Counted from the stretch's first letter, positions 21,901 to 30,907 are shown. The stretch: 64,000 bases of DNA from an archaeon (GCA_020057295.1 JAGVGF010000002.1:128001-192000); one strand, 5' to 3'. Notes: generated by a model not told the origin, from the sequence alone. Program-made: numbers and translations.

Positions 21901-24356
21901 ATGTAAATATATCTGCACTTCAAAATAATCAAACAAGATATCTAATATACTATGATAATACAAGTACAACCTCTGCTACTCAAACAGTTCCATTAAAGGG
22001 AATAAATATTCAAAGAGATACTGTTTCTGCAACAGGAGCTACTCTTACTGTCGGCATTACTAGTGCAAATCGTAGTAAATCTTTCATTTTATTTACTTCA
22101 AGAGTTGGTTCAACAGGACCAAATCAACACGAGATAACCAGTGATATGCTTATTGATACTCAGATAAGATTCGAGAGATATCTTGGCACTACTGCTGCTA
22201 ATATTTATTGGCAATTAATAGAAGGTTCAGATATTAATGTTCAAAGAGGATTGACTTCTTTTATAGCTACAGACGCAAATATTAATGTAACTGTAAACTC
22301 TGTTAATTTATCAAATTCATTTTTGATAATTAATGGACGTGTTAATTCTGGAACCGCAGGTCAAGCACCTAGAGGAATATTTGAAGGACGATTTATTAAT
22401 TCAACAACAATTTCTCTATCAAGAGGAATTACGGGAACGGCAGCAATTGCGGGATGGCAAGTTGTTGAATGGTCTAAGACTAATGTTCAATCAAATAATT
22501 TAACTTTAACTGCTAATCCTGTTATTGTTAATATTAATCCTGTAGTTGTTAATAGATCTTTTTTAATAATATCTAGAACCACTACAGGAGATACTGGTGC
22601 AGATACCAATTATGTTTTAGGATATATAATAAATTCTACTGCAATAAATATTTCACGTGTTGGAACTACAGGTTCTACAGTTGTTACATGGTTTGTTGTT
22701 GAATTACCTAATGAATATTATATTCAATCAGGTCAAGTCTCTACAACAAATTCTGTAAACCAAGCAATAACTTCTGTGGATATGTCACAAACTTTTAATT
22801 CAGAATCTTGGTCTTCTACTCAGACAGGAACAACTTATACTAATGCAATGATGACTTCTTTTTTGACGAATTCTACTAATATGAATTATACAAAACAAAC
22901 CGCAGTAAATACAAATGTTATAGGATGGTTTGCAATACAATCAAGAGATCCACAATATTCTATAGATGATACTCATAAATTTATAACTCGAGAATCAAAT
23001 GTTACTGGAGCCCTCGGAACATATAATTTGGTTTGGAATACTGCTAATCAATCATTTGGAAATTATTCTGTTGTTGTGACAGCAACAAAAGCGAATTATA
23101 CTACCGCATATGATTATGGAACATTTGAATTAATACCTGATCAAACTCCCCCAAATGTTACTCTTTTAACTCCACTAAATGCTACGGTCTCTGGATCGGG
23201 ATATTTTAATTTTACTTATGTTCCATTTGATTTGACTCTCGCAAGTTGTACATTATATATGGATATAAACGGGATTTTTGGACCTCAAGCTACAAATCTT
23301 AGTCCAATAAATAATGCCTCAAACACTTTTTCTTCCATCTATGTTGGTGCGGGATTCTTTAATTGGAATATAAATTGTACTGATTTATATAATAATTCAG
23401 GATTCTCTCCTTATAATTATACTCTTAATATTACTGGACCAGACTTGGTTATTACAAGAGATGATATATGGTTTAGCAATGATTCGAGATTAGAATTTGG
23501 AAATATAACCTTATTTGCAAATATCACAAATCAAGGGTTGAGTCCAGCAAATAGATCATTCATTGTACAATTTTTTAGAGGAGATCCTGATACTACAGGA
23601 ATTCAAATCGGATCGAATATTACAATAATCAACATGACTGTCGGAGAAGTTATAACAATAAACACTACATATTTATTGACTTCTGGGTTAAATAATATTT
23701 TTGTGAAGTTGGATTCAAATAATTTATTAAATGAATCAGAAGAATCTAATAATAAAGCAAATAATAGTTTAAATATTGGACTATATCAATATTATTTTGG
23801 GAATGTGTCACGAAATTTTGTATTCGGATCTCCTTCTGGAAATTTAACTGTATTCTATTCAGAAGTTAATAGTACTCCTAATGGCTACTTATTTATAGCA
23901 GATGCAGATAGTGTCTTTTCGTTCGCAAATCTACAAGCATTGTCTAGAAATATAAATAATAATTCTGTAAATAATGATTTTTCTGATTTGGATATATCGT
24001 TGAATAGTACTGGATCTTCCGGCTCTATAAATGAAGTGTGGACCAATAATACAGATTCTCCTTTGCATGTTGATATAATTAATTTAACTTCAAAAATAAT
24101 AAACGATGTTCCTTTTATAAATAGCACTACGAATAGTAGTTTTGAAACAGGCATATTATGGGATACTAGTGATGATTTGTCATTAAACTTACAATATGAT
24201 CCCACAGATAAAGAAGATGTCGTATTTGTTACTAAAATATCGACACCAATGATTGGAAGTTATGGTACATACAATTACGAGTTGAAAATACCTTCCAACT
24301 TAAGATCTTATTCCGGTAGCGTTAATATGGTAACATTTTATTATGAATTGAAATAA
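15903..24356 (+). CDS. giant secreted glycoprotein/adhesin (2817 aa), paralog of the upstream gene, C-terminal A/B-subunit domain
   Basis: TAATG overlap with the upstream gene; signal peptide; shared LWKCKDWNF..Q.CFG.W and DPGFIET motifs; Ig repeats; PWWNTSFKYRK; CARDB; ends YELKIP...FYYELK. Confidence 0.85.
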   Translation: MNIHLPEYRKKNIILAETLKNTSLFVFFVTLLFLIVTPSVTSIPMMSFDKNYYVTNDVVSILTKDPSPLTISGSLTLEVSIKEDTNYYFKYLGSVNEIISFIPTQSGEYIFRLYNENGNLIDEKSFLVYDKSVDSCATHKLGSQILIDLEEYAFDLGSKLPSEIELIYSNALSTNKIVYNGGITPQIYYTPSIIGKYSLYADGIYLACYDIIDDFAIENSKIIHSTNENLNNITYLNNQISNQTSNSMNKTTFINGLNISLISNQYDSKNTSSIVIDLNNSLIQSETGRLKKKIILFKIKNSLNESLNADTFVYEKEKIVGTIQNTNSNNKDYASNVKDNILENNLLLNTRISVIDYTANTSISNNAYTPDFLVINDTSASLQNASLDADIEFVSGSVKKINFKNLEYKENMEVGVDEVTEKLSSNKLLEKSEKKELKAYAVNLYDLNFTAASFTSIAVGTELWKCKDWNFTTQSCFGTWSKLMDIIPGQEYNVSLFPGDPGFIETFDVNVAIDIDILALDNNTVVLAWIKNGTTVTGNFEIWNTNGSIIVNDTTFDAGMDTQSRVSLDLINTNDFIIASIDGSTNISNFYFYNRTGSMIQSATTISANVGDFNDLSVCQLGDRFIYSYIDANPAQFDGSFQIVNNSGNFIGTITDVDTTVTTTTALQNFVSCAAINITNWVYLYYDVTSSDVTLNARTNTGTNVVLTDLNANVGTTSQVAVATSRNEYIANLYYNSVAATQDVILNIRQLNGAVLTNIATVTPDATAGANIRLDIAEIDALGTSYFVPTWYDAGDTTIKAAVYNETGGQITAPFIVTTTPNTGYRIVAVAGYNSNAELGLCNGTFVIAYTNSSGNAIFNKYLINGSQWNGICPDVTPPTVNLTYPSNDSIVENNNISFNFTVIDDRDVVLPNCSLYTNFTGNFIINKTIYNVTSGIETSINVTNIDDGKYIWNIRCYDNSSNNAFAINAPNNFTLYINKNIPSITNPLINRTVLNQSNYVQLNVTISDSFGISNALLTMLYPNGTKINYTLSNSGNNYYYNFNNTVQLGIYNITLVWANDTLGQSNQNNTLILSFNVTASPPSDFNLLAPTNATVSTNLIPNMNWQQTTDETFANYTLILDKDSTFATPDYTYAISPITNTSYILGFALDVNSVYYWRVIAYDIFGNSKNSTNDFIYITDNSGPLITLNIPETNSFVLMSNVLFNYTPIDANTISNCTLYTNATGTFSPNQTNFTIANTLPNYLSMNLNDGYYLWNILCFDQVGNYKFSNNNFTLKIDTTPPNVTILNPQNNTYENNTNNVLFYGNATDVMTGVDNCSLIINNTVRQTKSVTEGIVFNFTEFVSNGNYVWNINCTDSNGFIGSSVNYFINVSVVDTNPPLIQLNTPTNNEYINTSTIIFNYTVDDASGIENCSIFIGGILNSTNYTVSNHQDNLFTISEFTFGTKNWRIACYDNTTERNYRLSSTRNFIVDLTNPVVTLNIPGNSTTPLYLNYSTIEFNYTPSDANLYSCALYANFTGSFIEEQINLTPTNSQNNYFTQTINDGNYAWNILCTDLSSRSSFALQNYLILVDTHAPDYSNINVSPYSNSPYNSSKKYFFNITWTDNFEISQVIFESDIDSYALYGISGNLTNYTINSSDLGSSKNYSINFTNIAAGNYVYTWYAIDAAGNLNKTELLTYNVSQENSSVNLLINGSDANFSINEGNYVNLTGTLLVPLIGVIDLYVGESLINSGIAPIYNITLFENPGIYNVTAFYNYSQNYSSSSDTHFVIVSDISSPLITLNVPITNSPIASGEITLQYIVNDKSDIANCSLYINGTLNQTDNSITRNVTQFFVVSLPQGNYTWTVDCYDNSSNHNYNISTTWIFRALDASVINLVVSPLESQYEIVENAIIEINTTGQFNDTLNTNFTADIIYGNTSLPWWNTSFKYRKNLLFTENYNNSRDVTMDVNITGLSALINNCTTQTRIVEIVIYNGTINQSIIPFEILSGDDSNNCFVRFNVNISALQNNQTRYLIYYDNTSTTSATQTVPLKGINIQRDTVSATGATLTVGITSANRSKSFILFTSRVGSTGPNQHEITSDMLIDTQIRFERYLGTTAANIYWQLIEGSDINVQRGLTSFIATDANINVTVNSVNLSNSFLIINGRVNSGTAGQAPRGIFEGRFINSTTISLSRGITGTAAIAGWQVVEWSKTNVQSNNLTLTANPVIVNINPVVVNRSFLIISRTTTGDTGADTNYVLGYIINSTAINISRVGTTGSTVVTWFVVELPNEYYIQSGQVSTTNSVNQAITSVDMSQTFNSESWSSTQTGTTYTNAMMTSFLTNSTNMNYTKQTAVNTNVIGWFAIQSRDPQYSIDDTHKFITRESNVTGALGTYNLVWNTANQSFGNYSVVVTATKANYTTAYDYGTFELIPDQTPPNVTLLTPLNATVSGSGYFNFTYVPFDLTLASCTLYMDINGIFGPQATNLSPINNASNTFSSIYVGAGFFNWNINCTDLYNNSGFSPYNYTLNITGPDLVITRDDIWFSNDSRLEFGNITLFANITNQGLSPANRSFIVQFFRGDPDTTGIQIGSNITIINMTVGEVITINTTYLLTSGLNNIFVKLDSNNLLNESEESNNKANNSLNIGLYQYYFGNVSRNFVFGSPSGNLTVFYSEVNSTPNGYLFIADADSVFSFANLQALSRNINNNSVNNDFSDLDISLNSTGSSGSINEVWTNNTDSPLHVDIINLTSKIINDVPFINSTTNSSFETGILWDTSDDLSLNLQYDPTDKEDVVFVTKISTPMIGSYGTYNYELKIPSNLRSYSGSVNMVTFYYELK

Positions 24357-24513
24357 TATACTAGCTAAAACGATAAATAAATTAAAGATATACAAATATA
24401 TATAAATTTTTAAATAAACAATAACATAAACATATAAAATGAGGAGAGGTGAGTATTGAATAGGAATTGTTCTAACACTATTGCTATTTTAGCTAGGTTT
24501 ACCTATTATTATC

Positions 24514-25683
24514 ATGTTTGAATTATTCAAAAAGACGGACGAAGAAAAAAATTTAGATAAAAATGCGGATAAGCAAAAATTAGTAATGAGTAGTTCTTCA
24601 GATACCGCTATGGCATCTTTAGATCCTCCTTCAACATTGCCTGAATTAGCGAAAGACTTGTACGAGAAAGAAGAGGAAAAGAAATCAACTGTCAATGAAC
24701 CTGTTGAATCTGTAAAACTTTCCGAATCAAAGATTCCCAAAATTTCTATGAACAATATTCCTAAAATTACCTTTCCTACTGTCTCATTAGAACCGAACAA
24801 AGATAACGTTCCACAGTTAGATATGGATCTTATAAAATCACACACTGTTCCTAGAGAAGAACATAGAATAATAACTAAACCATTATCTTCACAGACAAGT
24901 CAAGCAAATAATTATGTTGATTCAACAGATTCTTTCTTATCTTTACTAAACAACAAAATTGAGGGAGGATTTTTTAAAGAATTCCAAGATTTTATTGTAC
25001 AGAATACTCTTAATGATACTTCAAAGAGAAATATATTGGAGGACTTATTGGGCAAAGATTTAGTCGAAAAAATGGTCTTATATCATAGTACTAGAGATTC
25101 TGAATTGCCGTTTTATTTATCAAACAATGAATTAACAGCTACTACGAGACATAAATTTGAAGAATTACAAAATTTAGAACATTCATGGATTAGCACAAAA
25201 CAAAAATTAGATATATTAAAAAAATTAAACAACACATTTGAAGTAGATATAAAATTAAAATCCGAAGAATTAAAAGGCCTACTAAAAGAAACACTTAAGA
25301 GATCAGACGGTGTTTCTCCAAGTGTTAATACACAAAATATTTCTACGAATTCAAACACCATGAAAAATGCGATAGATGTAGTAAATAATAATCAAGATAC
25401 TACTGATGTTCATAAAAATGCTTTTAGTATAATGACTTACGCTGTTGATCCTTCAAAATACTTCTATATGCACGATGGAAGAGTTTTAAAATCCTTGTTT
25501 GATTTGGTTGATGCTTTGAAAAATATTGACGACAATACTTTCTATCATCATGTGAATACTCAACGCAATGATTTTTCTAACTGGATAAATGGTGTATTTG
25601 AGCATCATATTTTGGCAGAACACATAAAAAATATTAGAAATAAACATGAATTATTAGAATTCTTCAAAAATAATACTTATTAA
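24514..25683 (+). CDS. cytoplasmic coiled-coil protein with C-terminal DUF5752-like domain
   Basis: C-terminal YFYMHDGRVLKSLFDLVDAL...FYHHVNTQRNDFSNWINGVF; MFELFKK N-terminus. Confidence 0.75.
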   Translation: MFELFKKTDEEKNLDKNADKQKLVMSSSSDTAMASLDPPSTLPELAKDLYEKEEEKKSTVNEPVESVKLSESKIPKISMNNIPKITFPTVSLEPNKDNVPQLDMDLIKSHTVPREEHRIITKPLSSQTSQANNYVDSTDSFLSLLNNKIEGGFFKEFQDFIVQNTLNDTSKRNILEDLLGKDLVEKMVLYHSTRDSELPFYLSNNELTATTRHKFEELQNLEHSWISTKQKLDILKKLNNTFEVDIKLKSEELKGLLKETLKRSDGVSPSVNTQNISTNSNTMKNAIDVVNNNQDTTDVHKNAFSIMTYAVDPSKYFYMHDGRVLKSLFDLVDALKNIDDNTFYHHVNTQRNDFSNWINGVFEHHILAEHIKNIRNKHELLEFFKNNTY

Positions 25684-25882
25684 CAATTATAGATATTAAT
25701 ATATTCGTTATTAATAATACTTTGAACAGTTTTGTTACAAAGTATATAAAAATATACTTATATGCTTTCTTTAAAACAGATAAAAAGACTTTTATTATTC
25801 TTTATACTTATTTAAGGATTATTTTATTCTTATTATGTGTTAATAAGCCTTTAAAATTCTTTAAATTCCCTAGTTTACATAA

Positions 25883-25940
25883 GCGAAACATTTATATATG
25901 AGTATACCTATTTGTATATTAATTTAGTATTGTGTTACAA
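25883..25940 (+). promoter_or_regulatory. type-1 promoter (GCGAAACA-TTTATATA) with operator TATACC-tatt-TGTATA
   Basis: BRE+TATA at 25883-25898, operator at 25903-25918; closely similar copy at 43932-43989. Confidence 0.7.
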
Positions 25941-26000
25941 AAATTGTTTGTAATAATTAAATAAAAATCAACAGTAAAAAACAAGAACTCCGACGTAGAG

Positions 26001-26786
26001 GTGAACAGAATGAACCAAAAATTGGTTTTATACACATTGTTAGCGTTATTAACTATATCTATGGTAAGCGCTATACCAACAGGACCGCAATCTATGACTG
26101 AAATTGCAAGCAGTAGATGGCCTGAAGCAGCATATTTAGCTACAAATAATTCCGCAATAGCCGGTAATGTTACAGAATTAACTCTAAATGGTTCAACTGT
26201 CACTAGAACTTGGCAAGGTTACTTTGGTAATATAACAGGTATGGTTGTATTGGGAGATTCAGCTAATAATACACTATACGATTGGAGCGTTGCAAGTCCA
26301 CACGGTCAAGTATACGCACTTAAGAGTTCAGGAATTCCAGCATGGTCAAGCATTAGATGCGCAAATCAAACAGAACTACAAGCAGAAGATACATTATTGG
26401 GTGTAAATTCATCAGTAGATGTAGATGCTGTAAATAGAACTTTTGTTGTAGGCGGTGCACCAGACCAAATAACAAGATTTGGAGCAACACAATTAACTCA
26501 TCCTCTATTTTATGTTGGAAATGTATCAATAGTTAATAATACGTGTCCAGTAGCAGTAATGTATAATAGTACGACACAACCATCACCTTACTTCAAAGAA
26601 GTATTATTATCAGATGGAACAGCAGATCTAATATATACTGGTATAATCGCTCACACATTGAATCCTTTTGCAGAATCAGATGGTTTCGATGATAGAACAC
26701 ATGATTTCGAGATGATCGTTGGTGAAAATGGACATGGTACAGATGTTGCTGTAACGACATACTGGTTCTACCTAGAGCTAACATAA
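26001..26786 (+). CDS. secreted putative fibre subunit, subfamily A (A1)
   Basis: Signal peptide ...MVSA|IPTGP; AIAGNVTE, TWQGYFGNITG, HDFEMIVGENGH and YWFYLEL motifs shared with 29698 and 31782. Confidence 0.8.
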   Translation: MNRMNQKLVLYTLLALLTISMVSAIPTGPQSMTEIASSRWPEAAYLATNNSAIAGNVTELTLNGSTVTRTWQGYFGNITGMVVLGDSANNTLYDWSVASPHGQVYALKSSGIPAWSSIRCANQTELQAEDTLLGVNSSVDVDAVNRTFVVGGAPDQITRFGATQLTHPLFYVGNVSIVNNTCPVAVMYNSTTQPSPYFKEVLLSDGTADLIYTGIIAHTLNPFAESDGFDDRTHDFEMIVGENGHGTDVAVTTYWFYLELT

Positions 26787-26930
26787 ATTTTTTTTATAAT
26801 TATATTTATTTTTAGGCAGAGAATTACATCCATATAGTTATTAACAAGGAATGCGTGAATGCAACAGTATCAACTGGAAAATCAAATAATCAATGTATAG
26901 CTTAAACTTATAATCAACCAACGAGGCAAA

Positions 26931-27662
26931 ATGAATCACAGAACTAGATTATTCTTAATCGGGATGATTGGTTTATTAGTATTGTCCTCATTCATAAGAG
27001 CTTTGCCTGCTGGTCCTATAGTAAATTATATATCTAATACTACATCAGCAACTGTATCTGTTAATAGAAGCGTAGATGCTAAAGGTACAATCACTACAAT
27101 AACTTTAAGTGCAAGTCAGCAAGATTACAAGTGGAAAGCTTATGTTGGTAATGTTACTGGTAAATTAGCATTAGATGATGCAAACGGTAAGTCTATCTAT
27201 GATTGGGCATTAGGAGGCACAGGAGCAATAGGAGAAGTGTATGTTTCAAGGGCTTCAAGTGTTAACTGGAATAATGTGTCTTGCGTTAATCAATCTGTTT
27301 TAGATTCTGAGCAGACAGCAATGGGAATGATAGGAAGCTCTCCAGATAGCATAAATAGTACGTTTAATTATACTTCACACAAAACTTTTAAGGTAGCAAC
27401 AGTAAATATTACAACAAGTAGTTGTAGATCAACAGCTACTTATCTTAATGATACTGCACAAACAGTTAATGAAACAGCATTATTTCAGGAAGTTTTATTG
27501 AAAGATGATATCCTTAATACTTTTGTTTATGCTACTATTATCGAACCAACAGCACCATTAGGTTTTGATGGAGCTAATAAATATGACTTTCAAATGTTAG
27601 TGGCAGAGAATGAATCCTCAACGGTGCCAACATTGTATTATTTTTATTTAGAACTAGGATAA
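26931..27662 (+). CDS. secreted putative fibre subunit, subfamily B (B1)
   Basis: Signal peptide ...IRA|LPAGP; QQDYKWKAYVGNVTG, YDFQMLVAENE and YYFYLELG motifs shared with 28493 and 32498. Confidence 0.8.
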   Translation: MNHRTRLFLIGMIGLLVLSSFIRALPAGPIVNYISNTTSATVSVNRSVDAKGTITTITLSASQQDYKWKAYVGNVTGKLALDDANGKSIYDWALGGTGAIGEVYVSRASSVNWNNVSCVNQSVLDSEQTAMGMIGSSPDSINSTFNYTSHKTFKVATVNITTSSCRSTATYLNDTAQTVNETALFQEVLLKDDILNTFVYATIIEPTAPLGFDGANKYDFQMLVAENESSTVPTLYYFYLELG

Positions 27663-27694
27663 ACTAGTTCTAAATAGTGTTTTTTTTCTTTCTT
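27645..27694 (+). terminator. hairpin plus T-tract terminator after B1
   Basis: 13-bp perfect stem TATTTAGAACTAG/CTAGTTCTAAATA (27645-27657, 27664-27676) spanning the stop codon, followed by a T-run. Confidence 0.65.
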
Positions 27695-27963
27695 AAATTA
27701 TTCTTCTATGTTTAGTCTTTTGTTTTTAATGTCTTTAATTCTATTTAGTTCTATTTGTAATTTTCTAATTTATTCTAATGTGATTTTATTTTATGTCGTA
27801 CCATTTTTTTACGAAATTTTAAAGAAGTATTACATAATAAGTATTTTACTGTTATAAAAAGCATAAAATATATAAATAAATCTTACAAGATAAGTATTTA
27901 TGCTTTGTTTTATTGCTATTTTGTTAATATCTTGCTAATATCCTGTTAATTTGAAATAATGGA

Positions 27964-28500
27964 ATGAAGATTATCAACTCAACAAATAACACGTATGTAA
28001 GTGATTATAGTTCTAGTTATACTGCTAATTACACCCTAATTTTATCTAACGCAAATTCAATAACACCCCGATTTTCTTTAAATAAGATATTAGTTCAGGA
28101 TAATGAAACAACTCTGCTAAGAGAAAAAGAAATACTTATACCATTGAGTATTATACAAAACAACAGTTCATTAGAATCAATAGTTCTGTACTTAAAGGAT
28201 GTTGTAGGATTAAAATTCTCAGAGATAGCACGAATACTAAACAGAGATCAAAGAACAGTGTGGGTAACATACAACAATTCTAAACGGAAAAATATCAAAC
28301 AAATCCTCTCTAAAAATACTATATTCATTCCATCAAACATATTCTCATCAAGAAAATTCAGCATTTTAGAGACAATAGTTCTACATCTAAAAACGAACGA
28401 AAACATGACATTTACTCAAATTGCAGAATCATTAGGAAAAAATTATCGCACAATATGGACTGTATACAGAAGAGCGATGTTTAAGGTAAATTATGATTAA
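27964..28500 (+). CDS. tandem HTH (sigma-70 region 4-like) DNA-binding protein
   Basis: Two repeats: LESIVLYLKD..GLKFSEIARILNRDQRTVW and LETIVLHLKT..MTFTQIAESLGKNYRTIW; overlaps the start of B2. Confidence 0.75.
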   Translation: MKIINSTNNTYVSDYSSSYTANYTLILSNANSITPRFSLNKILVQDNETTLLREKEILIPLSIIQNNSSLESIVLYLKDVVGLKFSEIARILNRDQRTVWVTYNNSKRKNIKQILSKNTIFIPSNIFSSRKFSILETIVLHLKTNENMTFTQIAESLGKNYRTIWTVYRRAMFKVNYD

Positions 28501-29269
28501 TAACGAAGATAATAGGATAGAGAAGAACGACAATTTAGTTAAGAAATTGTTTGCTATAAATAATATATTCTTAATACTATTATTATCTTTATTAGGTTTA
28601 ACAATACTTTCAAATGTATACGCTATTCCTGTAGGCCCAACAATAATATTCAATTCCACAACTAATGGTTCTCCTACACCAGCAGCACAAATAACAACAT
28701 ATGGTGGATCATTCACCACACTTGTATTGAACGTTACTGGTGAAGATTATAGATGGAAAGCATACATTGGTAATGTTACTGGTAAATTAGCATTAGATGA
28801 CGCCACGGGTAAAGCAATATTCGATTGGTCTGTAGCAAGTGTAACAGGAGAAGTATATGCTACAAGAAATACGTCGATAGATTGGTCTACAATAGCATGT
28901 GCTGATAATACTACTATAAATAATGAAGATATAGCATTGAATATGTCGTTAAGTGCTCCAGATACAATCAATAAAACATTTGTGAACAAAGTGCATAAAT
29001 CATTCTATGTAGGAACCACATTAATACAGAATAGTACGTGTAAGGCAGTAGCAACATATGTTAATGGTACAGCACAAAGTGTTACAGAGAATGCAGTATT
29101 CCAGGAAATACTATTAAAAGATGGAACATCTAAACTAATATATTCTACTCTGATTAATCAAAATACTACCGGATATAATAATCAAAAATATGATTTCCAA
29201 TTGATTGTAGCAGAAAATGAATATCAAGCTAGCCCAACGACATATTATTTGTATGTTGAATTAGTATAA
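28493..29269 (+). CDS. secreted putative fibre subunit, subfamily B (B2)
   Basis: ...VYA|IPVGP; EDYRWKAYIGNVTG; YDFQLIVAENE; YYLYVELV. Confidence 0.8.
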   Translation: MINNEDNRIEKNDNLVKKLFAINNIFLILLLSLLGLTILSNVYAIPVGPTIIFNSTTNGSPTPAAQITTYGGSFTTLVLNVTGEDYRWKAYIGNVTGKLALDDATGKAIFDWSVASVTGEVYATRNTSIDWSTIACADNTTINNEDIALNMSLSAPDTINKTFVNKVHKSFYVGTTLIQNSTCKAVATYVNGTAQSVTENAVFQEILLKDGTSKLIYSTLINQNTTGYNNQKYDFQLIVAENEYQASPTTYYLYVELV

Positions 29270-29407
29270 TTCGTTTAACAGAATTATTTGTATGTCTAGA
29301 AAATACTCTTTTTTTAATTCTTTATTTTATCTGTCTTAAAACATCTAATTCAATGTTTAATTAATTAATGTATTTGATTAATTAAAATATTATATTTGTT
29401 AATGTAA

Positions 29408-29511
29408 TTTATGAATGAAACGAAAGGTTTAAATATAAGTTCATCCGTTAATATATCAAGATACAAAAACGTATACTAAACGTGTTGTATTTCGTCGTCA
29501 GAAAATTAAAG
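29408..29511 (+). promoter_or_regulatory. type-2 promoter copy 1 (CGAAAGG-TTTAAATA) with operator GATACA-aaaa-CGTATA
   Basis: 29408-29441 identical to 30908-30941 (34 bp); operator at 29460-29475. Confidence 0.75.
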
Positions 29512-29697
29512 ATTTTAATCAAAAACTTGGATTGATTAAAATTTTTCAAACTTGGATTGAAGGATTGCGTGGATTTATGAATACAAATTTAAGATATTCG
29601 GATGCTTTAGAAACGTTTTCTGTAGGTATTTATTCGATAATAAATTTTACATTTTTAAATATTCTAAATTATGATGTGAAAGACGTGGGAGGCTAAA

Positions 29698-30414
29698 ATG
29701 AAGTGGGATAAAATATTTATTATGTTAATGATTGGATTGTTGTCTGTAGTCGTAGTTACTGCAGTTCCAACAGGACCATCAGCTACAAATATATTGAGTA
29801 GTAGCAGATATGGTACAGCATCAGCAGCTAATCTTTCAGCGATTGCTGGTAATGTGACTGAGATAAATTTCAATGCCACAGCTGTAACTCAGACTTGGCA
29901 AGGTTACTTTGGTAACATCACTGGAACAATAGTTCTAGGTAATTCTAACAATCAAACATTGTATAATTGGAATTCTGCAAATCCATCAGGAGAGATTTAT
30001 GCTACAAGATCAGCAGCTACTCCAACATGGGCAAGTATTAAATGTGCAAATCAAACTGAAGTAAATTCTGAGGATACGACATTAGCTACAGGAACAACAG
30101 ATGCTGACAGAGTAAATTATACTTTTTTAAACACTACAGTATTTAGTAATTTCTACGTTGGTACTCAATTGATTAATAGAAGTGCACAAGATTGTTACGC
30201 TGTAAGATTATACAATTCAACAGCTGAATCATCAAGTAATTTCCAGGAAGTATTATTATCCGACACGAGTGTTGTGTTATACACTGCATTGTTAACTCAG
30301 GATTCTACTGGATTCGATGGTGCTACACATGATTTCGAGATGTTAGTAGGAGAAAATGGTCATAGCGGTGATTCTTCAACAACGCCATATTACTTCTATC
30401 TTGAGATACAATAA
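29698..30414 (+). CDS. secreted putative fibre subunit, subfamily A (A2)
   Basis: GGAGG RBS; ...VVTA|VPTGP; family A motifs; ends YYFYLEIQ; T-rich tract follows. Confidence 0.8.
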   Translation: MKWDKIFIMLMIGLLSVVVVTAVPTGPSATNILSSSRYGTASAANLSAIAGNVTEINFNATAVTQTWQGYFGNITGTIVLGNSNNQTLYNWNSANPSGEIYATRSAATPTWASIKCANQTEVNSEDTTLATGTTDADRVNYTFLNTTVFSNFYVGTQLINRSAQDCYAVRLYNSTAESSSNFQEVLLSDTSVVLYTALLTQDSTGFDGATHDFEMLVGENGHSGDSSTTPYYFYLEIQ

Positions 30415-30907
30415 ACTTTAATTATTTTTATTTTATTCTTTTATTTTTATTTGATTTATTCTTTATTTATTATTAGTTCTTCTTGTCTTTGTTCTTTGTG
30501 TTATCTGTATTGCTTTGTGTCTGATTTTTTATGTTCTTAAATGATTCCTTACGTTATGATGTTGGTTTTTTTTTCTTTATGTTTTCTTGGTTGTCTTTCT
30601 TAACTAATCTTGTTTTTGATCGTTACTTATTTCCAATCGCTATGCATCATTAAGAGTGTATATTTATGCCGATTTGCCTTCTTACTTCTTATTTGTTTTC
30701 TTGTGTATCATTCATTATAATATTATATACTTCAGATGCTTGTTGATAAATGTATATTTTTATGTTTAGGTATGTTTTTTGTTTTAAGGCTCTTTAAAAT
30801 CTTATTTCAATATTTAATTAAATATAGTAAATGCTATATTACAGTAACTAATATATTATATTCTTTTGTTTATTTAATTAAATACTGTCTCATGTTCTTT
30901 ATTTTAC

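Noticed and set aside
3988-24356. Canonical S-layer or archaeosortase substrates
   Set aside because: No PGF-CTERM motif, C-terminal TM or lipobox; a lattice-forming role for A/B/C cannot be fully excluded but is not supported by any recognisable motif
24389-24404. Possible fifth operator TATACAaataTATATA upstream of 24514
   Set aside because: One mismatch but almost pure AT and coincident with a likely TATA box; cannot be distinguished from chance
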